NCBI GenBank assembly: GCA_050012535.1
Contig: JBEKGZ010000006.1
Location: forward strand, 2,251-26,250
Direction: 5' to 3'
DNA length: 24,000 nucleotides
DNA from: Candidatus Bathyarchaeia archaeon
GTDB lineage: Archaea; Thermoproteota; Bathyarchaeia; 40CM-2-53-6
A program made the translations under genes and the position numbers. The notes below the pieces were generated by a model that was not told the origin of the DNA, did not search any database, and worked only from the letters and a program-made list of their open reading frames with translations. Every line of letters starts with the position of its first letter. Position 1 is the first letter of the stretch. Of the stretch, positions 16,177 through 24,000 are shown piece by piece.

Positions 16177-16728
16177 ATGGGGCTCTACACACCGACCGCT
16201 GGACGCCAAGTAGCTTTCGTCGCTTCAATGGGCGCTTTGGGCAATGTCCTAGCTCTACTCACAGTCACCATTCCAACGCCTGTAAGCCAGATTGCTCCTG
16301 ACTTGTCGCACGTTGCCACACTGATCGTCGCGCTATATTGTGGGCCGGTGTTAGGCGGAATCACAGGGGCGTTGGTCAGCATCGTACCGTTCTATCGATT
16401 TGGTGTGGCCGGGTGGTTTGGGCCGCTTGTTGGTTTCCTCATCATTCCACTAAAGTCATTGACCGGGATTACCGCTGGCCTCCTCGGCAAGAAATTACGA
16501 CCGGCGTTTGCGACTTTGCTTGGGTATGTGCCCGAGTGCGTTTCCACGTATGCCTTCTTCATTTTGGTGGTGCCCTTCTTCCTTCCTGAAGTCGCACAGT
16601 ATGTGACTCAGGGATTTGTCATTCTGGTTCTCGCGAAAGCTTGGGTGGAGCTCGGCATAATTGCAGTAATCATGGAGGCCATCAAACGGCGCGACATTGT
16701 CGGCCGCATACTTGGCAAGGCAAACTAA
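16177..16728 (+). CDS. Integral membrane protein, ECF-transporter S-component-like (solitary)
   Basis: Five or six TM helices. Shows DLSHVATLIVALYCGPVLGGITGALVS, which resembles the DxSxhPhhhhhhhhGPxxGxxxG pattern of ECF substrate-capture (S) components. No EcfA/EcfT gene is nearby. I prefer ATG 16177 over the track GTG 16084, whose 31-aa hydrophilic extension is not expected for this family. Confidence 0.6.
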   Translation: MGLYTPTAGRQVAFVASMGALGNVLALLTVTIPTPVSQIAPDLSHVATLIVALYCGPVLGGITGALVSIVPFYRFGVAGWFGPLVGFLIIPLKSLTGITAGLLGKKLRPAFATLLGYVPECVSTYAFFILVVPFFLPEVAQYVTQGFVILVLAKAWVELGIIAVIMEAIKRRDIVGRILGKAN

Positions 16729-16808
16729 CTGTCAAGAGTCACCGTAGTCGAAAAGATGTCCGATTTTCCATCGCCTTTGTCGTGCTTTTCCAACATGGGT
16801 CTGGTTCA

Positions 16809-17822
16809 TCAGGACTTTCTTGGCATGCGGTCGATGAGATCCTCACTCGATGGGCCTGTCCCAATCAACGTAACCGGTATGCCAGTCGCCTTCTCCACTT
16901 CACTTATGAAATTCCTAGCCTTGGGCGGAAGCTCTTCGTATTTCTTGAGTCTGATCGTGTCTGGGAACAGCACATCTAGTTTGGTGATTGCTGCCTGCGT
17001 CGCTCCGTTAAGACGAACCGCCCTCTTGGCCAAATCGAAATCGAAGGGAGCTGCTCTCCGAAGCCTACCGGTCACGGTGCCGAACTCTTGCCATCCCCTT
17101 TTTCGAGTCTCTTCCTCGCTGAGCTGCCCTTCTAAGGGTCCTTCGCCCACTCTGGTGACAAATGACTTGAAGACCACGATGACATCATCCACTTCAGTCG
17201 GTCCGATGCCGACATCTGAGCAGATTGCTGAGGCGCAGACATCCTTGCTAGTACAGAATGGATAGGTCCCATGGAAGAGTGATAGGAATGTGCCCTGGGA
17301 TCCCTCAAGCAGGACATGGTGTTTCGCCTGTAGCGCTTGGTTAATCTCTTCCGAAACATCTGCAAGAAGCCCTGAAAGTTCCGGCACATCTCTCGCCAGT
17401 TTGGCGGACCTGAAGACGCGGTCAGCGTTGCATGCGCCGACTCCGCTCTTCGTGACGCCTATCTTCTTCACAAGATGTTCTGACCTGCTTTCTTCGTCGA
17501 TGTGTTTCTGTTCAATTATGGCGCATTGGCGATCTATGCCGATTCTATTCTTGGTCTCCGTGATCTCGATTTCCTTTAGAAGAACGCTTGGGTTCACGAG
17601 TACTCCGGGACCGATGAGGAGCCGCGATTCCCTACAAACGAATCCGCTCGGAACCATTCTCAGCGAGTATATCTTCCCCTGCACTTGGACAGTGTGCCCC
17701 GCATTGGGCCCGACGCCGCCTCGAGCGACAACTGCTGGGCGGTCTCTAAGTGCTAGGTACGCAGTGAGTTTTCCCTTCCCTTCGTCTCCGAAGAATCCAC
17801 CTACGACAACAGTGCACGCCAC
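16809..17822 (-). CDS. purA: Adenylosuccinate synthetase (short archaeal type)
   Basis: 337 aa. Shows the N-terminal P-loop GGFFGDEGKGK, then GPNAGHTV, TKSGVGA, GTTGR-like TVTGRLRR and ITKLDVL. The GTG start at 17822 is forced, with an in-frame TGA four codons upstream. Confidence 0.9.
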   Translation of the reverse strand: MACTVVVGGFFGDEGKGKLTAYLALRDRPAVVARGGVGPNAGHTVQVQGKIYSLRMVPSGFVCRESRLLIGPGVLVNPSVLLKEIEITETKNRIGIDRQCAIIEQKHIDEESRSEHLVKKIGVTKSGVGACNADRVFRSAKLARDVPELSGLLADVSEEINQALQAKHHVLLEGSQGTFLSLFHGTYPFCTSKDVCASAICSDVGIGPTEVDDVIVVFKSFVTRVGEGPLEGQLSEEETRKRGWQEFGTVTGRLRRAAPFDFDLAKRAVRLNGATQAAITKLDVLFPDTIRLKKYEELPPKARNFISEVEKATGIPVTLIGTGPSSEDLIDRMPRKS

Positions 17823-17920
17823 ATGCGTTCCCCATCATGGGCGAGGAACACAGCTCTTAAGCCTTTGTCGTAACGTCCAAGCAAGCCAAATCCAGAGCCA
17901 CGTTACCAATTTGGTTCGAG

Positions 17921-17944
17921 GGGCGAACAGGATTCAGTTCGCCC
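17921..17944. other. Perfect 8-bp GC-rich hairpin in intergenic region
   Basis: GGGCGAAC-AGGATTCA-GTTCGCCC. No T-run follows on either strand. Confidence 0.5.
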
Positions 17945-18058
17945 GTCGAAAGTCCTCAACGCGCCGGCTGAGAGCGCTCAGACACTTGTTCTTCATCATC
18001 AACGCACCGGTTCATCATCGAGTGGCCTAAAGGTTTTCTGAGCGAATCTGAACTTCCT

Positions 18059-18367
18059 TTAGGGTCCGCGGTTCAATTCGCTCAGTTGTCTGTCCTGGAG
18101 TTGCCTGATAAAAGCTGCGCCCAGCGGACTCAAGGCAAGGAGGTCACCTTCAGCTCCCTTTTCTGTGGTGACCAATCCCCGTGCCTCAAGGCGCTTCACA
18201 ATCTCAATCGTCTCTGTGTCCGGAACACTTGGCACGCGACCAGCGAGACTTTGCATGGCCACTGTATGGGTCCCAAGAGCCTTCAGCTCCCACATCGCCT
18301 TAAGGACCTGGATCTCATCATTTGAAATACCCGGATTCATGGCAATGGACATTCTAGGTGCCTCCAT
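18059..18367 (-). CDS. Small winged-helix (MarR/ArsR-like) DNA-binding protein
   Basis: 102 aa. Pattern EIQVLKAMWELKALGTHTVAMQSLAGRV....IEIVKRLEARGLVTTEKGAEGDLLALSPLG, that is helix-turn-helix followed by a beta wing. Divergent from another wHTH gene. Confidence 0.6.
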   Translation of the reverse strand: MEAPRMSIAMNPGISNDEIQVLKAMWELKALGTHTVAMQSLAGRVPSVPDTETIEIVKRLEARGLVTTEKGAEGDLLALSPLGAAFIRQLQDRQLSELNRGP

Positions 18368-18420
18368 GTGGAGGTTCGCATGGTTTTTGGCGCGAAACTC
18401 TGGTGTACTGCGCTGCGAAC

Positions 18421-18430
18421 ATTAATATAC
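18421..18430. promoter_or_regulatory. AT-rich TATA-like element shared by the divergent wHTH gene pair
   Basis: ATTAATATAC is the only AT-rich element in the 97-nt spacer 18368-18464. It sits about 35 nt upstream of TTG 18465 and about 55 nt upstream of ATG 18367 on the other strand. Confidence 0.4.
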
Positions 18431-18464
18431 CTAACCCCATCCGTATGAGTGCAGGCGCATACAA

Positions 18465-19151
18465 TTGGCTTCAGGCGAAGATACAGCAGCCTTCCTAGAC
18501 GCTCTTACACGTTCACCGCAGCTCAAGGTGCTCAGCGTCTTGGCTGAACGGCCACAAGACGAACTGACCAAGACCGAGATAGCCCAGAAGGCTGGAATCG
18601 GCAGGACGACCCTCTACCGAGTCTGGGATGACTTGGAGAAGATGAAGGCCATAGCGCCTTCTCGGCACGTTGGAGCAGTCACACTCTACCGCCTGAATCC
18701 GCAGAGTTCAATCGTTCAATCTCTCATGAACATAACGAAAGGCCTCTCATCTGTGACAAGCGCGGTAGGCAGGATCGAAGAGATTAGAGAAGTCGAGAGG
18801 ATTGCTAGAGAGGAGTTTGGGAAGGAGCTACCGCCCAGTGCAGGCCTCCTAGTGAAGCTCCAGAGCCTCAACGCTGTTGACGAGTCGACGGCTGTTCAAT
18901 CTTCAACACTGAAGATGTCGAAGGTCGAAAGTGAGTCGATACAGAGCTTAATCGGAGCAGGCCTAATTGAGGCACAGGGCGACAAACTGAACCTCACAAA
19001 AGTGGGCTTCGTCACCGCCCAAGGCGCCTCGAAGATCTGGGGAGGATCACAGCGCGAGACTATCCAACAGACACTTGCGTCCGCAAAGGTAGCACTTGAA
19101 CTCATCAACCAAGAGATCAAGAAGCTTCAGGGAATGGTCAAGAAAGAGTAG
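18465..19151 (+). CDS. Winged-helix transcriptional regulator with coiled-coil/second winged-helix-like C-terminal region
   Basis: 228 aa. The N-terminal wHTH is SPQLKVLSVLAERPQDELTKTEIAQKAGIGRTTLYRVWDDLEKMKAI...VTLYRLN. A second wH-like segment is SIQSLIGAGLIEAQGDKLNLTKVG. TTG start at 18465, with the AT-rich box 18421-18430 upstream. Confidence 0.65.
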   Translation: MASGEDTAAFLDALTRSPQLKVLSVLAERPQDELTKTEIAQKAGIGRTTLYRVWDDLEKMKAIAPSRHVGAVTLYRLNPQSSIVQSLMNITKGLSSVTSAVGRIEEIREVERIAREEFGKELPPSAGLLVKLQSLNAVDESTAVQSSTLKMSKVESESIQSLIGAGLIEAQGDKLNLTKVGFVTAQGASKIWGGSQRETIQQTLASAKVALELINQEIKKLQGMVKKE

Positions 19152-19265
19152 TTCAGTACCCACCTAGCCGAATTCTCACATTTCGCTGCCTCGGCACCGG
19201 TAGATACAATCCGAAGCTTTAATCTGCATCCAACGAAGCGACTGACTTGTCCCGGTGTTCCTCAA

Positions 19266-20912
19266 GTGGCCAAGTACGTCTTCGTTACTGGCGGAGTGAT
19301 GTCCGGCCTGGGCAAGGGAGTTGCTGCAGCCTCCATAGGCAGGATCCTGCAGACGCGAGGCACGAAAGTCAGCGCGCTCAAGATTGATCCATACCTCAAC
19401 GTCGACGCCGGAACAATGAATCCGATTGTGCACGGAGAGGTCTTCGTCACCGAAGACGGCGGCGAGGCCGACATGGACCTCGGTACCTATGAACGATTCC
19501 TCGACGTGAACCTCTCTAAGATGCACAATATCACCACCGGCCAGATTTACCAAACCATTATCGGAATGGAGAGGGCTGGGTCATTCCTGGGCCAGTGCGT
19601 CCAAATCATACCTCACGTCACTGACGAGATCAAACGCAGAATACGAGGCGTAACAGAGTCAAGCAAGTCCGAGCTGCTCCTTGTCGAAATAGGCGGAACC
19701 GTGGGAGACATCGAGAGCCTCCCTTTTCTCGAAGCAGCTCGGCAAATGCGCCTTGAAGACGGCTACAAGAATGTAGCTTTCGCACATGTCACCTTGGTTC
19801 CGGTAGTTGGAGTCGTCGGCGAACAGAAGACCAAGCCGACGCAGCATAGCGTACAAGAGCTGAGAAGGATAGGGCTTCAGCCCGACCTGATAATTGCCCG
19901 GAGCACCAAACCATTGCTGCCTGGACCACGGAAGAAGATTGCGCTGTTCTGCAATGTCGACGAAGCAGCTGTTTTCTCATCACCGGACTCGAAGAGCGTC
20001 TACGAGGTTCCGATTTTACTCGAAGATCAAGGGATGGGAGTCTTTCTGTGCGAGAGGCTCGGGCTTGAGAAGAAAGCCGCCAATTGGGATGAATGGAGCC
20101 GGACCGTGCAACACTTCGTCAGCCCAAAGAACGAAGTCACAATAGCCGTTTGTGGCAAGTATGCTGAACTGGCAGATTCCTACGTGAGCGTCAATGAGGC
20201 TCTGAGGCATGCAGGGGCTGCAGCAGACACACGTGTCGACCTGAATTGGATCGAGACTGAGCAATTTGAAGGCGAGAACCCTAAGATGAGCGCACTTGAG
20301 TCGGCGGATGGTGTTCTCATTCCTGGTGGGTTCGGTCAGCGCGGCACCGAAGGGAAGATCCGCGTAGTCAGGTATGCACGAGAGAACAATATCCCGTTCC
20401 TAGGTATCTGCTTTGGATTCCAGCTTGCGATCGTGGAATTTGCGAGAAATCTCGGCCTGCAAGATGCTAACAGCACGGAGATTGCCCCAGCCACACAGCA
20501 TCCGGTAATAGACCTGATGCCAGAGCAGCGGAATGTGGAGTCAAAAGGAGCCACTATGCGGCTGGGAGCGCATGAAGTGAGGATACAACCGGGCACGTTG
20601 GCTGAGCGCCTATACGGGCGTCGTAGAGTGTGGGAAAGACACCGACACCGCTACGAGGTGAATCCTGACTACATCTCGAGGCTTGAACAGGACGGTCTTA
20701 CTTTCTCCGGCAGGTCCCTAGATGGTCGACGGATGGAGATCCTAGAGCTACATTCGCACTACTTCTTTGTTGCAACGCAGTTCCATGGTGAGTTTCGTTC
20801 TAGACCGATGTCACCATCGCCCCCATACTATGGGCTTGTGAAAGCGTCTCTCGACAAAAAGCTGGGAAGAGCGCGCTTTGAGCTGACGAGTGGCCCGGCA
20901 AGCACGAGGTAG
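19266..20912 (+). CDS. pyrG: CTP synthase
   Basis: 548 aa. N-terminal [17 protein letters not shown], then [24 protein letters not shown], and the glutaminase domain GICFGFQL (catalytic Cys) with HRHRYEVN. The GTG start is required by homology to the conserved N-terminus. Confidence 0.95.
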   Translation: MAKYVFVTGGVMSGLGKGVAAASIGRILQTRGTKVSALKIDPYLNVDAGTMNPIVHGEVFVTEDGGEADMDLGTYERFLDVNLSKMHNITTGQIYQTIIGMERAGSFLGQCVQIIPHVTDEIKRRIRGVTESSKSELLLVEIGGTVGDIESLPFLEAARQMRLEDGYKNVAFAHVTLVPVVGVVGEQKTKPTQHSVQELRRIGLQPDLIIARSTKPLLPGPRKKIALFCNVDEAAVFSSPDSKSVYEVPILLEDQGMGVFLCERLGLEKKAANWDEWSRTVQHFVSPKNEVTIAVCGKYAELADSYVSVNEALRHAGAAADTRVDLNWIETEQFEGENPKMSALESADGVLIPGGFGQRGTEGKIRVVRYARENNIPFLGICFGFQLAIVEFARNLGLQDANSTEIAPATQHPVIDLMPEQRNVESKGATMRLGAHEVRIQPGTLAERLYGRRRVWERHRHRYEVNPDYISRLEQDGLTFSGRSLDGRRMEILELHSHYFFVATQFHGEFRSRPMSPSPPYYGLVKASLDKKLGRARFELTSGPASTR

Positions 20913-20960
20913 CTTTGATCAAGATCGATTCCAAAACCAAACCCGAGCGGTTCATAGGCC

Positions 20961-21896
20961 ATGTCTGCTGAACAGATAGGTGAGCTGATACGATCACTTC
21001 AGCCGGCAGACCTGCGAATTCTGCTGGGTGCCGAATTGGGGATGGCGAGTCGCGAGTATGTCCCGGTCTCGCGCATCGTTCGGTATGCGAACCTACTGGA
21101 AGAGGAAGTCGGGAAACGGTTGCCCGATCTTGTGGACAAGCGTCTCCTTGCATCTGGCAGCATGCGAGCACTAGGATACGCAGGTTTCCGACTGACCTTT
21201 CTCGGCTATGACTGCCTGGCCTTGAACGCTTTGGTCAAAAGGGGTATTGTGGAAGCACTCGGTAGTCCGCTTGGCGTAGGAAAGGAATCTGACGTTTACG
21301 ACGCTAAGGGAAGGAGAGATACTAGGATTGCTCTCAAGTTCCATCGTTTGGGGAGAATAAGTTTCCGTCAGACCAGACGAACAAGGGGGTATGTCGCCGA
21401 AAGGGCTCACACATCCTGGATATATCAGGCGAGAATGGCGGCAACACGTGAGTTCTCAGCTATGAAGCGCGCGAGTCGTGCTAGAGTTCCGGTGCCTAGG
21501 CCCATAGGTCAGAATCGGCATCTCGTTGCAATGGGCATGTTCGAAGGATCAGAACTCTCACGAATCAAAGTCATGCCAGAACCTGCGAGTACGCTGCGAC
21601 GCATTCTGCTCAAGTTGAGGCTATTGTTCTGTGACGCTCGGCTCGTTCACGGTGACCTGAGCGAGTACAACATCTTAATGGCTGAGTCAGGCCAATTCGT
21701 GTTCATAGATTGGCCTCAGAGCGTTGCGACAAGCGATCCTGGAGCCAACGAGCTCCTGACGCGGGATGTCTCAAATCTCGTGAAGTTCTTCGCAAGAAGG
21801 CACAGCGTCTTCGTTCCGGTTCAAGAAGCACTGGACTTTGTGAAAGCCAAAAAGAGAAATCTTGGCCGAATCCAGACAAGGAATCCGCACGCCTAG
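20961..21896 (+). CDS. rio2: Rio2-type atypical serine protein kinase (N-terminal wHTH + RIO domain)
   Basis: The N-terminal winged helix is DLRILLGAELGMASREYVPVSRIV. RIO motifs are LGVGKESDVYDA, IALKFHRLG, LVHGDLSEYNIL and FIDWPQ. Confidence 0.88.
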   Translation: MSAEQIGELIRSLQPADLRILLGAELGMASREYVPVSRIVRYANLLEEEVGKRLPDLVDKRLLASGSMRALGYAGFRLTFLGYDCLALNALVKRGIVEALGSPLGVGKESDVYDAKGRRDTRIALKFHRLGRISFRQTRRTRGYVAERAHTSWIYQARMAATREFSAMKRASRARVPVPRPIGQNRHLVAMGMFEGSELSRIKVMPEPASTLRRILLKLRLLFCDARLVHGDLSEYNILMAESGQFVFIDWPQSVATSDPGANELLTRDVSNLVKFFARRHSVFVPVQEALDFVKAKKRNLGRIQTRNPHA

Positions 21897-22735
21897 CCCT
21901 TGTCAAGGAATCCAAGCGCACCTATTGCGGGGCCAATCAGTATTGGCTCCAGTCGCGCGTAACTCATCACGACACCCTTTTTCTCTAGCCTAAAACCGAG
22001 ACGCTCCGCCGTCTCCGCGACGGTGGGACCTGACGCGGGAGCGGACATCTCAAGGGGCCACTTCTCAGTTCGAGCGATCGAAGAACTGAGTAGCACTCCT
22101 ATGGATTCCTCATTCATCTCTTCACAGACCAAGGGGCCTATCTCGGAACTATCTTGGTACTGCTTGACAACTGAGTACCCGGATACTCCGGCCTCGTTGG
22201 CGATCCAGGCCCAGCCTTCTGGGAACTCGCGGTGGAGTCGTGTGAGAAGCTTACTTCTATCGGCTCCAAAGGCGCGCTTATCCAAGCGAAGAATCTGACG
22301 AAGTGGGATCTTTTCGGTTGTCTTCGTCAAATCGCGTGTGCCATCCGGCATTGATAGTGTGGCGAAACCGCCTGTTGTCTCGAAACCCAGTCGTTTGTAC
22401 ATCGCTTCGTTCTCTGGATAAGAGTACAGGCCAATCCTCTTGACATGTATGCGTAGGAGGTATTTCACAGCGGATTGCACCAAATCGCTTCCTATTCCAG
22501 CGCCGCGGTGTTTTCCGCTGACCACAACATTTCCGATCCAGCCGGCATTGCTACCGTACGAGACGGTTGTCGTCAGCCCAATGGGTTCGCCGCCCATCGT
22601 AGCAACCAGACACCCCTTGGGTTGAAGTGCCATCATTCTCTTCAGGTCACGCGCCCCGAACCCCCAGCGTTCTTCGGCCGTTAACGCGAGTATTGAGCGA
22701 AAGTCAGTCGTCTTCACCTGTCGAATTCGCAGCAA
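21893..22735 (-). CDS. GNAT-family N-acetyltransferase (GNAT domain + C-terminal GNAT-like domain)
   Basis: 280 aa. The acetyl-CoA binding motif is VVVSGKHRGAGIGSDLVQSAV, followed by YKRLGFE. Non-ATG start: TTG 22735, or GTG seven codons in. Its stop overlaps the rio2 stop. Confidence 0.8.
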   Translation of the reverse strand: MLRIRQVKTTDFRSILALTAEERWGFGARDLKRMMALQPKGCLVATMGGEPIGLTTTVSYGSNAGWIGNVVVSGKHRGAGIGSDLVQSAVKYLLRIHVKRIGLYSYPENEAMYKRLGFETTGGFATLSMPDGTRDLTKTTEKIPLRQILRLDKRAFGADRSKLLTRLHREFPEGWAWIANEAGVSGYSVVKQYQDSSEIGPLVCEEMNEESIGVLLSSSIARTEKWPLEMSAPASGPTVAETAERLGFRLEKKGVVMSYARLEPILIGPAIGALGFLDKG

Positions 22736-22753
22736 GAGATTTTCGCCAATTCA

Positions 22754-24000
22754 CTATGGGCGGAGCCGGTTCATGAGTCTCGGAAAAGCTGCAGCGTCGC
22801 GAATATGTTTCAGCTTGCATATCCATGTGAGCGTACGCTCGATGCCCATTCCGAATCCTGAGTGAGGTACTGTGCCGTATTTTCTCAGGTCAAGATACCA
22901 AGAGTAATCTTTCGGGTTCAAATGCTCCTCATCGATTCGGTGCATGAGTTGCTCGTAGTCATGGATGCGTTGTCCCCCGCCTGTGATCTCGCCGTAGCCT
23001 TCCGGCGCGAGTAGGTCGACCGAAAGGGTGACTTCGGGCCGTTTCGGGTCAGGCATGTGATAGAATGCCTTGACGCCTTTTGGATAGTGTGTGACAAAGA
23101 ACGGTGTAGTGAAGTCTTTAGTTAGGATCTTTTCTTGGTTGTATCCGAGGTCCGTGCCCCATTTGAATGACGAATCAGCTTTCTGGATCAGTTCAATGGC
23201 TTTGTCATACGTGATTGTCGGCAACGGTGGCTTCAGGCTGGTCAGTTCGTCGGGGTCACGTCCGAGTTCTTTGAGTTCTTCGGGGGCCTGAGCTGCCACC
23301 TCATGACAGATATGCAAGAGGAGTCCTTCCTCGACCTTGATGAGACCTTCGAGATCTAGCCACGGTTCCTCGAGTTCCAGCTGCCAGAATTCCGTCAAGT
23401 GGCGTCTCGTTCTTGATTTTTCGGCGCGGAAGGACGGTGCGAGTGTGTAGATCTTTCCTAGGCTCGCTATCATCGCTTCAGCATATAGTTGCCAGCTCTG
23501 TGTAAGGTAAGCCTTCTCATCGAAGTACTTGACCTCAAATAGCGTCGAGCCTCCCTCCACGGCTGCAGAGACGAGGATCGGGACTTGGACCTCCATGTAG
23601 CCGTGCTCTTTCAGCCAACGTCGGGATTCGTCGATCACAAGAGCTCTCACTCTGAGAATCGTCTGCATCTTCTTGCTACGGATCCAGAAATGTCGATTGT
23701 CAAGTAGGAACTCGGGGCCATGATATTTCTTGGCAATCGGGAAGTCCTCAAGCGAACGATGAAGCACCAGCACATCTGTTATGCGGAGTTCGTATCCTCG
23801 GGGGGCTCGCGGGTCTCGAACAACTTCGCCCTCAAGCTCCACAGTCGACTCCAGCGGAAGCGCCTCGATTTCGCTGAACTTCTCCCCAAGTTGGTCTTTC
23901 TTTGCAGTGCACTGTAGGAAACCCGTGCCGTCTCTGATGATGAGGAACAGGATTCCTCCACTCGATCGTCTGTTGTGCAACCATCCTCTGAGCTTGACTC
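22754..24000 (-). CDS. asnS: Asparaginyl-tRNA synthetase (class IIb); N-terminus outside the window
   Basis: The frame stays open to the window edge (..VKLRGWLHNRRSSGGILFLIIRDGTGFLQC, the OB-fold start). Motif 2 is FRAEKSRTRRHLTEFW. YSWYLDLRKYGTVPHSGFGMGIERTL followed by IRDAAAFPR fits AsnRS rather than AspRS. Confidence 0.85.
   Translation of the reverse strand, partial: VKLRGWLHNRRSSGGILFLIIRDGTGFLQCTAKKDQLGEKFSEIEALPLESTVELEGEVVRDPRAPRGYELRITDVLVLHRSLEDFPIAKKYHGPEFLLDNRHFWIRSKKMQTILRVRALVIDESRRWLKEHGYMEVQVPILVSAAVEGGSTLFEVKYFDEKAYLTQSWQLYAEAMIASLGKIYTLAPSFRAEKSRTRRHLTEFWQLELEEPWLDLEGLIKVEEGLLLHICHEVAAQAPEELKELGRDPDELTSLKPPLPTITYDKAIELIQKADSSFKWGTDLGYNQEKILTKDFTTPFFVTHYPKGVKAFYHMPDPKRPEVTLSVDLLAPEGYGEITGGGQRIHDYEQLMHRIDEEHLNPKDYSWYLDLRKYGTVPHSGFGMGIERTLTWICKLKHIRDAAAFPRLMNRLRP

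Noticed and set aside
17948-17955. GAAAGTCC, reminiscent of the RNase P RNA CR-I/P4 motif
   Set aside because: The flanks do not match GAGGAAAGUCCGGGC, no complementary P4 3' strand or CR-IV/CR-V motifs are nearby, and the spacer is too short for a normal archaeal RNase P RNA.
17290-18030. 246-aa plus-strand ORF
   Set aside because: It lies antisense to the N-terminal half of purA and runs into the spacer. Its Ser/Arg/Pro-rich, low-complexity composition is typical of a shadow ORF opposite a real gene.
19176-19553. 125-aa minus-strand ORF
   Set aside because: It is antisense to the highly conserved N-terminus of pyrG.

Overview
This window is a gene-dense, mostly housekeeping stretch of an archaeal chromosome. 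I estimate the GC content by eye at roughly 50-55%. The archaeal assignment rests on GatD/GatE, an Elp3-type radical-SAM/GNAT tRNA modifier, an Sm-like protein, a Rio2 kinase, a short archaeal-type PurA, a family-5 uracil-DNA glycosylase, a Pyrococcus-like alanine aminotransferase and TATA-box-like promoters. I cannot place the lineage more precisely from sequence alone. I call 25 protein-coding genes, two of them truncated by the window edges. I found no rRNA, convincing tRNA, CRISPR array, transposase or integrase. The region does not look like a mobile or defence island. The least ordinary parts are listed here. (1) A tatA-tatC locus where TatC carries a C-terminal zinc ribbon and is followed by a small membrane protein with a near-identical ribbon tail. 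(2) An ArsR-type wHTH protein fused to a large non-DNA-binding domain that ends in a canonical EF-hand-type loop; it is divergent from a solitary ECF-S-component-like membrane protein. (3) Two unusually structured or long non-coding spacers, at 348-1042 and 17823-18058; the second carries tandem GAUGAUGA...CUGA box motifs. (4) A divergent pair of winged-helix genes sharing one AT-rich element. (5) Heavy use of forced TTG/GTG start codons in conserved genes. All functional calls come from motif recognition by eye, and no database search was run.
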